Below, in pieces: positions 1-10,129 of a stretch of 64,000 nt of DNA; position 1 is the first letter of the stretch, and each line of letters opens with the position of its first letter. Source of the stretch: Thecamonas trahens ATCC 50062 (lineage: Eukaryota > Protista > Apusomonadida); assembly GCF_000142905.1 (NCBI RefSeq), contig NW_013657654.1:1-64000 (forward strand), given 5' to 3'. The notes beneath the pieces are model-generated. The model did no database searches, was not told the DNA's origin, and was given only the letters and a program-made list of their open reading frames with translations. A program made the position numbers and the translations under genes.

Positions 1-525
1 CCAACAGCAATCTCGAGCCACCCAGCCCCGACCCAGCCCCCTCAGCTCTCCCCTCCTCGCCGACCACCAGCCACCAGCCGCCGCCCGCTCGCCCGATCAG
101 GCCGACCTTCATCACCACCTAGCTCCTTCCCACCACCAGCCACGCTACCCACGACCACACCCAAGGTCATCACACATCCCACACTATCACTAGTATCAGT
201 ATCGCTGTCATCGATTCCCATCGACCTCGGCTCACTTTCGCGTCGACTTGTTTGCCCTAGGTGGTTGAGCACGCCCTCGACCGCCCCACCCCGCACACGC
301 CCCCCACCACACAAATTACAAGATATGTCCAATCTGATTTCTCTACTAGTCTACTACATACACACACTACGTTCTTGCACAGTCTCCAATCCACAGCTGC
401 TGTATTTCAGAATCCGAGTTCTGCCGGCTCAGGCCCAAGTTGTTGGCCCTGTGTCCCTTCGATGCTGCTGACCCCCCTCCCCGGGCCCATCTCCGACCCG
501 CACTCCCGACCATGTCCACCCACAA
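1..525. repeat. Diverged direct repeat, copy 1 (extends off the left edge)
   Basis: Colinear with 1452-1980. Shared blocks include ccaacagcaatctc, cgcccgatcaggcc, cttcatcaccacctagctccttcccaccac, gaatccgagttctgcc and tggccctgtgtcccttcgatgctgctgacccc. Confidence 0.85.
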
Positions 526-1451
526 CCACCACACCCACACTACACATACGCACTACACCTGCAAACGTATCCACCCACTCTCTGCTCCCCGATATTTACA
601 TCAGCCGACACCATCCCGTCAACTGCATGGCTGTCCGTCGCCTGCTGCTCGCCGCTGACCGCCGCCCGCTGCTGACCGACCACCGCCGGCACCACCTAGA
701 GCAGGCTAGCCATCGACGGAGCATCGGAGGCGATGCATACGGATAGCTATATCATTGGCAATGCCTACCAGTGCGCCCTCCAACCCAATCCTCCCCTCCC
801 TCCTCCGGCCTTGCCCATCACAGCCCCCGCCGGCCTGCTCATCACCAGCCGCCCCTGCCGCCGATCACCAAGCTAGACGACGAGGCCTGTGGGCTGGCCA
901 AGACAAGGAAGAACAAGAGAGGGCAAGGGCAAGCGATAGGCAATGCAGTGGTGGGCTAGAGTGCAGTGGTCTGCCTTCTCCTCCAATCACAAGCCATCGT
1001 CTCCATAGGCGTCCATCTCAATCCAATCCGTCCTCCCTCCTCGCCATCGCCGCCCAAGCCCCTCCACGCTCATCGCCCACACTCCACGCCTACCCATTAT
1101 CCTCATCTCACCCGCCCACATCCACCCGCAAGCCCAATCGCCATACCTACCGCCCCCTCCGCCCGCCATGCCTCCCACGTCACGACCCCCCTCATCCCCC
1201 CCTACTATACTCATTACGCCCCATCACCACAAACCACCACCCGCACCCCCTACTCCACCACCATACCTTCCATCCCAGCCACAACCCCCACCCACAGGTC
1301 ATGGTCATGCCCAACACCTTACCATCGCGCACCCCGCTTCCTCTTCCTCCTCATCTTCCTCCTCTCCTTACTTCAGCTCACCCCCATCCCCATCCCCGAC
1401 CCTGACACCCATACCCCTCAACCATCACATGCCAGACTGCCCAATCTCCAA

Positions 1452-1980
1452 CCAACAGCAATCTCAAGCCACCCAGCCCCGATCACGCCCCTCAGCTGTC
1501 CCCGCCTCGCCGACCACCAGCCGCCAGCCGCCAGCCGCCTCCCGCTCGCCCGATCAGGCCCACCTTCATCACCACCTAGCTCCTTCCCACCACAACTTAC
1601 GCAACCCGCGACCACACCCAAGGTCGTCACTTGTCATGCACTATCACCAGTATCAATATTGCTGTCATCGATACCCATCGACCTCGGCTCATTTCCGCGT
1701 CGACTTGTTCTCCCTAGGTGGTTGTGCACATCCTCGACCGCTCCACCCCGCACACAACCCCACCACCGCCATTGCAAGATATGGCCGATCTGAATTCACT
1801 ACTACCCTACTACATACACACACTACCCCCATGCTCGGTATCCAATCCACAGCTGCAGTATTCCGGAATCCGAGTTCTGCCACCTGAGGCCCAAGCTGTT
1901 GGCCCTGTGTCCCTTCGATGCTGCTGACCCCCCAGCCCCGGGCCCATCTCCAACCCCCACTCCCCACCATCTCCACGCAG
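1452..1980. repeat. Diverged direct repeat, copy 2
   Basis: Same blocks as 1-525, offset ~1.45 kb, with many substitutions. Strongly C/A-rich on the + strand. Confidence 0.85.
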
Positions 1981-3184
1981 ACCGGCAACGCACGTCGTCG
2001 CTCGCGTGGAGCGCCGTTTGCATATTTGCCAATGCGGCCTTGATCGTCGCTCGCGGATGGGCCCCCACGTCGACGGCGCGGGCCACTGATGCCACCGCCG
2101 AACAAGCAAGCACCACAAGTGGTCCCGTTGTCCAGTCCGAGTCGGGCCTTGACCGCATGATGCAGAGCATGAGCACGTACTCGACGAGAGGTTCGAGGTT
2201 CGCGCTGGGCGCAGGGGTGGCGGTGCGTGCAGGTGAGGCGGCAGGCGCACTGGACGCCGCCGGGGCAAGCGCAGGAGCGGGCGGCGCGGGCGCGGCCGGA
2301 CCAGGAAGAGCGGGCGCGGCAGTGGGCACAGGAGGCGCAGCGGACGCGGGTGGCGCGGGTGACGCGGCGGGGGCCGCGAGGGGCGCGGGCGCGGCCGGCG
2401 CGGGCGCGGGCGGTACTGATGCATCGGGAGCGGCCGGCGCAGGTGCAGCGGACGCGATAGACATGGTGGGCGTGGCAGGCGCAGGGTGCGGCGCGACGGG
2501 GGCAATGGATAGCACAGCTGCGGTTGGCGCGGGAGAAGTAGACGCGGGGACTGCAGCGATTGTGGCCGCATCAGGTGCAGCAGGCGCCACAGCAACCGCG
2601 AAAGGCGCGCCACCAGGTGCTGGAGCAGGTGCGAGAGCGGCCTGCGCGGGCGCGGCAGGGGCCGGCGCGAGAGGCGCGGGAGCTGCATCGGCCGCAGGAG
2701 GCGCGGCGGGAGTGACGGGCGCCACCGGCTGCGCCTGTTGCGCGGACGCAGGCGGCGCAAGCGCGGCTGGCGCAGACGCCGCGGTTGGAGTGAACGCCGC
2801 GGGCGCGGCGGCTGCGGCCGCAACAGGCGCGGCTGGCGGCACACCGAGCGCAGTCAGCGCGGCGGGGGCAGCGGGTTGCGCGCCAGCGGCCGACGAGGGA
2901 GACGCGGGCAAGGCAGACGTGGCGGGCGAGGTGAGGACAGGAGGCGTGCCGGACGCGGACGCACCCCTCGGCGACGCCGCCGCCAACCTCTTCTTCCGCT
3001 TCACCGGCGTCGCGTACCCGCACTCGAGCACCGAGCGCCGCCGCTTCTGCGCGCTCGGCGCCGCCCGCACCAGAAACGCCCGCAGCTCCTGCTCCCCGCC
3101 CGCTCCCTCCCCCAGCCGCAGCGCAAGCAAGTACTCGAAGTACTCGAGGTCTCCGTCCACAACACGCCCAAAGAGACCGTCCAC
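1823..3184 (-). pseudogene. Ala/Pro-rich hypothetical ORF, probably a gene fragment whose 3' end runs into repeat copy 2
   Basis: 453-aa ORF with a basic KRKKR motif, a long APAAP region and a globular-looking segment (NLEPLVEYVLMLC...) that merges into the repeat. No ATG start. Confidence 0.3.
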
Positions 3185-3773
3185 CCGCGCCTCCGAGAGC
3201 CCGAGAACCGCTGCAGCCTCGTCGTCGCTCTCGCCTTCGCCGGACGAGCCTGAGTGCGTCGAGCGAGGGGAAGCCGGCGTCGAACACGACCTGGTAGGAG
3301 CGGCGAGCGATACACGGGAGCGCAGAGACGCGCTCGCTGATGAGGGAGGAGCGCCGTGTCGCGGCCCTCATGCGCGAGTAGCAGAACGCGGCAAGCTACG
3401 CCGAGGCGAGGTGCCAAAAGCCGTTACCCTCAACGCCCACGATGCCCTCTTTGGCGAGCCACATGGCGATGAGGCCACCCGTGAGCACGGTGTTCGAGCA
3501 GATGCTGCTCCGGGTGGTGGCGACTCGGAGGACGACCGCAGGGATGGCGACACGGCCCGGTTTCCGACTCGGACCCTCGCCGTCAGGGTGAGCGAACGGA
3601 TGCTCGACCCGTGAGGACAAAGTGGTCCTCTCAAGCTCGGGACCAGCTCGGGACAGGGCGTCGTCCGCCTCGCAGGCGCCGGCGCGGCCGCCGACTCCAC
3701 CACGTGTCTTCGCTCGCGCCTCAGCGGCCTCACCTCCGACCCGTCTTCACCCCTCCTCCTCCTCACCCGTGCT

Positions 3774-6122
3774 GTGGTAATGGCGGCTGCCAAGCTGGAG
3801 ACGTCCTCCGCTATGGTGGACGTGCTCACGCGTGCGGTCACCGACGCGGCCGACCTCGTTTCTGGGCTCAGCGGCCAAGTGACGCAGCTGCGTGGCGAAG
3901 TGACGCAGCTGCGTGGCGAAGTGACGCAGCTGCGTGGCGAAGTGACGCAGCTGCGTGGCATTGTCATGCACAAGAGGGGCATCGTGATTTCTGGGCTCAG
4001 CGGCCAAGTGACGCAGCTGCGTGGCGAAGTGACGCAGCTGCGTGGCCGAGCTGCGTGTGGCCAAGAATGAGCTGTTTGCGGCGGAAGAGAAGCTGAAGGA
4101 GGCCTGAAGGAGGCGGAAGAGAAGGCTGAGGAGAAGCTGCCGCAGGCCGAGGAGAAGCTGCTTGCGGCCAAAGCCGAGCTGGTCGCAGCCAAAGCCGAGC
4201 TGGTCGCAGCCAAAGCCGAGCTGAGGGAAGCCGAGGAGAAGCTGCAGGCGGCAAAGTGGGAGAGTGTCCGGGAGAAAGCCCGCCCTTTGGACGTCATTTC
4301 CGCGCCGTCGAATGCCTCGGCGAAGACTGTGGAGGAGCACGTGCACCTGGAGGCTCTCTCGCCGGTGGGCGATCCGGCTTTCCTTGTTGCGCTTGCGGAC
4401 GGTGGGCTGCTGGCCGAGAACGAGGTGGGCGACATTGCTGCGCTCCGCACCGCGGTTTGGGACGGATCTGCGGGCGCTGGACTGCAGACAGCGCTTGCGT
4501 CGGCGCTCAAGGCGCGGCTGGGCGCGCTCTACTTTGCAGAGCGCGGACCCGGGGTCGCCGCCCTTCAACTCCGGAACTCTGAGGTCGCGTTCACCGGGCT
4601 GCTGGGCTCGGCGGTTGCGAGCGTGCTCGCGAGGGGCTTTCCGTGGGCCGTAGCGGTCACGGAAGCGGCCACGTGCGGTGTGCGCAACTCACGGGGCTCG
4701 CCAGCCAACCTCGTGGTCTACGGGCGGGCCGATGGGGAAGAGGGCCGTGCCACCACGGTCGAGCGCGAGAAGCTCCGTCCGAGCCTCGTGGTGGAGCTCG
4801 GGTCGTCGGCCAAGAACGTCCAGGCAGCGGCATACGCGCACAACCTTGCGATTTGCTACGGCGACGTGGAGCATCAGGTGCCGATGGCGACGCTGGAGGG
4901 GCCGCATCCGACGGCGTCGGACTTTACGTGGGCACGCTCACCCTCCGGGCGTTGTTGTCCGTCGGTTGCCGAGCGGGCAAGCGACGCGAGGACACGGACG
5001 ACGGTGCCGTTTGGGACGTGGGAGTATTCAGACCTCGACACGTTTTGCGAGGTGTTTGCTACGGCTTTTGTCGCCGGCCTCAGCGTGGTGGCTGCGACGG
5101 CGGACCTGTTGCTGACTGGGCGCAGGCCGCCTGTGGTGCTTGCGGGCGCCAACACGTGCATGGTGGCCTCGCGACGGGTGTACAAGTGGTTCCGGCCCTC
5201 GACAGCCTCGTCGCGCCGGATCAACTTGCCCATGTGGACAGCTCACTCGCCGGCGGCCGAGGCGCGCGTGCTCACTGAGAGCGGCGGCAGCGACGCTCCG
5301 CGCGTGCTTGTCACCACGTTTCTCGCCCACGAGTCGCACTCGTACGTCCGGGTCGGCCACTTTGTCTCGCTCATCGGCTGGCTCGAGGCCATGCGCCGCG
5401 ACTCGCTCGTCCACGGTGACATCCTGTTCCGCAACATCCGCTTCCCGGCTCCGATCGAGAGGCCCGTGTGCGACGTCATCGCCAGTGCTCTCGCGGCTCT
5501 CGACGACGGGGCGTACTTTGCCGCGGCCGTTGCGACGGCTCAGGCGGGCAAGGCCGCGGCGGACGCGCTGGCCGAGGTCCTGCGCCTGCTCGCCAACCCC
5601 TGCCTCGAAGCTGTCGCGGCGAGCAAGTCACTGCTGTACGCGGCACTGGCTGACGATGCAGACGGCGTCGTGGTGCCCGTGTGGCAGGCGGTGGTCATCG
5701 ACTACGATCTGGCGCGCTCGACGGACGAGGAGCCCCGGTACCCGCCAGGCTTTGTTGTGGACAAGAAGGAGTTGCCAGACGGGGCGCGGCACAAGGGCGC
5801 CAAGGGCAACCTGCCCATGGCGCCCGTCCATGACGTGTTTGCTGTCAAGGCTCTCCTCGAGCAGACTGTACCGAAGGACAGCGGCCTGCTGGCGGGTGCC
5901 TTGCACGGAGCCGTTGCCTTGGACGCGGTGCCCGAGACGCACTACTGCCGCGAGATGTGGAAGGCGACACGGGGGATCGGGCGGTTCGACGGTGACGGGT
6001 CGCAGTGGTGCACCGCTGCGCTCTCTGCGCTCGTGGGCATCCCGCTCGACACGAGGCTTGAGGTACAGCTCGATCCTAGCCCCAAGGCGTCGTCGTCGCC
6101 ACCCACCACTCCGCCAAAGTGA
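3774..6122 (+). CDS. Crinkler/CR-effector-like protein: heptad coiled coil + PD-(D/E)xK REase-like region + atypical protein kinase; 5' part disrupted
   Basis: Kinase-like motifs VYKW, HGDILFRN (catalytic loop), VVIDYDLAR (DFG equivalent) and HDVFAV. REase-like motifs PANLVVYG, SLVVELG and QAAAY. 3774-4070 and 4071-6122 are in the same frame, separated by one TGA at 4068-4070. Coiled-coil repeats EVTQLRG and AKAELVA. Confidence 0.6.
3877..4046 (+). repeat. 21-bp coding tandem repeat (aagtgacgcagctgcgtggcg), 4 + 2 copies
   Basis: Directly visible; encodes EVTQLRG heptads. A second 21-bp unit (gccaaagccgagctggtcgca) lies at ~4167-4223. Confidence 0.9.
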
Positions 6123-6258
6123 GTGTCCAGCACCACCCTCATCGGCGAGAATGTGCGTAAGCGAGTCGAAGACTCGACGTATCCTTGCGCACCCGACGTA
6201 CCATGATGGACATTTCGAGGGGAAGTACTTGCTTCCGCCACGCAGCGGCCCTCCACGC

Positions 6259-9200
6259 CTACAACCTACCGCGGAGCAGAGCCGCCGCAACGGCACGCCG
6301 CAGCCCGGGAATGTCGCTCGGACCCACAACGATTTCAGCATCGGCGGCAACAAAAGCGGCAAACGCCAGCGCAAAGACCCCGCTGTCCGACAGGTTGGTC
6401 TGCTGCGGAAGGCCGACAGGTTTGACGACATGCCACTGCGACATGTCCAGCCTCCTGCCCGTCTCCTGCTCCACCTGCAGCGCCACATACTCCTTCAGCG
6501 CCTCTGCTAGCCCGCTGTCCACCTCGCCCGCCATCGAGTCGTAGAACGTGATCGTTTTGGGTCCAAGCTCAATAGCCACCGTGAACCAGTGGCTATTGTC
6601 CAAGTTGACCGGGACGATGATCTTGGCCAACGACATGATGCCGCCGTCGACGGCATTGCCGAGCCACTTGGACACCCTGCCATAGTTGAGCGTCCGCCTG
6701 TCGAGGTACAGAGCAGCGGCGAGGAACGAGTTGGTGAACCAGACCTTGTGCCGCGTGAACCTGTTGAAGTGAGCCTGCAGCAGCTCCATATACGCGTTGA
6801 CGATCCTGTCACTGAGCCACCCGCCAGGCTCGAGGCGGACAAAGTGAGCCCTGGTGAGGGTTATGTTGCCGACATCGGCCACGCCCCGCGCGGTACACGC
6901 TCGCATGACATGGTCCACCCTCTCCTCCTCGAAGGGGGATAGCGGGGGCTTGATGCAAGCGAGCCAGCCTCTGCGTGTCATGCGCTCGTCGGTACCGAGG
7001 AGCTTGGCGGCCTTGGACTTGGGCCCTGACTTGGCGGCAACCTCGCGCTTGCGCTTGCGCTTGGCCTCGCGCTTGAGGTGCTCGAACATGGGGACAACGT
7101 TGGGCTGGGCAGCGATCTCAGCCAGACTTGACTTGCCGCAGCCACCAAGACCGTTAAAATCTCCGGCCACCTTGCTCGCTCCCTTCAACAACTCACGGAC
7201 GACGGCAGCACGATTCGAGGGTAGTGGCACGTATGCAAGTTGGACTGGCTCGGGGGGGAGCTCGGGGGTCTTAGCCTCGGCCTCAGAGAGCTTCGCTCCC
7301 TCGGACTTGGGCTCGGGCTCGGTGTCGAGTAGCTTGACCTCACGCCTGAGCCGGCGATAGGCCTCAGGCCTGCGCTTGCACTTTCGCTTAAGCTCATGTC
7401 TCACGGCCTTGACGACCTCGAGCTTGAGCTCTCGCCTGAAAGGCTTAAAGGCCTTTGCCTTGGGCTCTGCGTCGGGGGGTTTGGTAGCCTCAAGCTTGGG
7501 TGGGGGCTCACCGTTGGCAAACTTTGCGACCTCAGGCTTGATCCCGACCTCGGCATCAATCGTCGAGAGCACCTTCAGCGAGCGAGTCGCCAGGTCTTCC
7601 AGCAACGCCTCGACAGAGTTCTGGTGCGCGTCATACGGTTCCAAGCCATGGTCAAGAAGCGCATAGGCTGTGGCCACGCGATCGACCTTGTCGGTTGGAG
7701 TGAGATGTCTGTGGCGCCAGGTCTGGAACTGGTGCTCTTGGTCTGGCCCTTGGAAGTAGCTGTACATGAGCTTGATGATGGGGTGGAGAGCAGACGCGGC
7801 AGACTCCGCTGCTTTTTGCATATCAGGCCTGGATGGATCATCTTGGAGCGCAGCATGGTCAGCCTCGGCAGCAGCAAGGAGGTCGTTGAGGTTCGCTAAC
7901 TTGTGGGGTGCAGGGAACGCTTTGAACGTAGCAAGCGAAAGGCTGCCATGGTTGAGGAACACTGGGAACACCTTGCAGTGGTTCGCCCGACAAAGTGCGG
8001 TCTTGGCCTCAGCCACAGCCCAGCGTGTGGCGAGAAAGTACGCCGAGACAATGATGAGGACGACACGCGAGGCCTTGACAATGTCAGCGCAGTCATCTGG
8101 GTATTCACACTGTATGCCGTCGAGTGAGCTGGTGTCCACAAAGACGCTGAGGGACTGGTCGACCCTCAGGATGCGATCACGGAGCGCAACCGCATAGCCC
8201 TTGTCGTAACTACCATGACATATGAAGACGTCATAGGTCTTGGTGGGTAAAGCGGATGACGATGGCGGCATGGAATCGCCATTAGAGTTGGGCGAGAACT
8301 CGCTTGGAGATGGCGGGAGAGGCATTGCAAGCGACGAAGTGGCGGCGACAATTGGCTTAGCAGCCTCTGGCTCGGGTTTTGACTCGGCGACGGCTTCACG
8401 CTCGCGCTTGGCCTCGCGCTTGGCCTTGCCTCCAGACTTGGCCATACTCTTCTTACGGAGATAGATATTCATGCTACGGGCGACGGTGACCTTGACCGCG
8501 TCCTTGTAGCCCATGCTGGCCAGGGTGTCGCTCGAGGCGCCGGGTTGGAAGCCCCGGCGGTGCCACACCATTGACCGCTTTCCAGACCCGAAAACTACAT
8601 CAAAGTACTTGCGGAGGCCATCAACGGCAGACTTGTGGCTCGACGGGCTCTTGCTGCCGCCAAACACCTGCTTCCACGCCGGCGTCCCCGCTGCCGACGC
8701 GCCCCACTTGCGCAGACCCTTGACCGAGAACGGCATGCCGTAGCTCTCCACCGTCTCACCCGGCGGAATGAGGTCAGGCCGCCACGCCACGTACTTGCTC
8801 GCCACACCACCGCCGTGCGCAGTGCCCTTGTTGAGCTCGGCGAGCAAGCCCTTCAGCCGCGCCTTCTCCTTCGGCTTGGGCCCGCGCTTCTTCCCCCCTT
8901 CTTCTCCTTCTCGCGCCGTCGCACGACGACCCTCTTCACACCAGGTGCAAGAGGCAGGGTAGGATCGACAAGCTCTGCCCACGTTGGTGTCTCGACGCCG
9001 GTAGCATCAGCCACCACGGCGACAATCCGAGTCGAAGCAAGGTTGATGGCCACGTCGGAGCGACCGAGGGTGAGATAGCTGGCGTTGTCCGCCTGCAGCA
9101 CCCACCCCGCTGCATACGCCCAGAAGCAAGCCGTACAGAGCAGGAGAGTTCGACGAGGCTTGCAGGGCGGCGTCACAGGCGTGTGGAGTGCGGCGGCCAC

Positions 9201-9371
9201 GACGCTGTTGCCTATCTCGGCGAGGGCAACCCCGCACGACGGACAGCTGGCGAACGGCGAGCCCGAAACCACCGGGGCGGCTATCCCCGGCCCGGCTTTG
9301 GGCGGGCGGAGGTCGGGGTAGAGGCGTGTCATGTGCTGCTGCCATATGGGGGGGAGTTCTGGTGTGGTGCC

Positions 9372-9374
<3 letters not shown>
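6259..9374 (-). CDS. CxxC..CxxC Zn-finger / TIR / remnant P-loop / Ulp1-SENP (C48) pseudo-protease multidomain protein (~1040 aa after repairing one frameshift near 8893-8898)
   Basis: TIR: YDVFICHG..VFVD..IVKASRVVLIIVSAYFLATRWAVAE (~7900-8240). Walker A-like GLGGCGKS (~7125-7152). C48 motifs WLSDRIVNAY, FTNSF, IVPVNLDNSHW, YDSM and QQTNLSDSGVF (~6270-6850). The upstream ORF from ATG 9374 (CPSC...CTAC) joins by adding one G to a G6 run. Confidence 0.8.

Positions 9375-9453
<79 letters not shown>
9375..9453. repeat. (GT)n(GA)n microsatellite abutting the minus-strand ATG
   Basis: Directly visible. Confidence 0.95.
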
Positions 9454-9454
<1 letters not shown>

Positions 9455-10129
9455 TGGGGACTGCCAGAGGGTGGTGCACTTTTTAACGTGCGGCGCTTAC
9501 TGGAGGCGGCTTGAGGCAAGGGTGAGTACCTCCATGGTGGGCTTCTCCGACAGCAACAACGCCGACAACGCGCACCAGGCAACGACGCAGGTGCTGGACC
9601 TCGTCCGTGCTTCGCCTGACTCGCACTTTGGACGTGGCATGCTTCGTCCTGGCCTGCTCGCGCAGATCAACGTGGCGCTCGGCTATCGGGCGCCGTCCAC
9701 GAGACGTCGTTGAGCGAGAACGCCTGCGCCGGGTACTCGGCCATCGGGCACAGAGGTTACGGTATGGCACGGGGCCAAATCGGGCCTACCTGAAGAGCAT
9801 TAGCACCAATATCGCTCTATTGATAGTCACGTCCATCACAGCTTCAGGCTATCCCAGCGGCACCGTCCTCGCCACCTCCTTCCGCCCCCTCCGATCGCCC
9901 ATAGCAGCCACCATCGGCCCCTGCACAACGTCATACAACGCAATCCCAGCCGCGGCTCATTTGACTCTACCCATTGCGAAGCTGTGTGCCCTCACACCCA
10001 GCCGTCTGTCTGTCTCCGCCCAATCGGTTTCTTCGTTTTCCTCCGTGTCGCACACTTCTCCCGCCACCCCACCCACCCACCCACCCACCCACCCCAGCCA
10101 CACACACACACACACCTCGACAGCACACC

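Noticed and set aside
261-1887. Pro/His/Thr-rich ORFs in the left repeat region
   Set aside because: They are by-products of C-rich strand bias, and their frames are not conserved between the repeat copies.
1899-3614. 571-aa Gly/Ala-rich + strand ORF, in frame with the kinase gene across TGA stops (readthrough or selenocysteine idea)
   Set aside because: It mirrors the Ala/Pro ORF on the other strand. Stops are rare at this GC content, and TGA is a normal stop in Ku70, TPP1 and others.
9607-10129. N-terminal extension of Ku70 in the ORF track
   Set aside because: It is low-complexity promoter-like DNA; a spliced start at ATG 10130 explains the gene.
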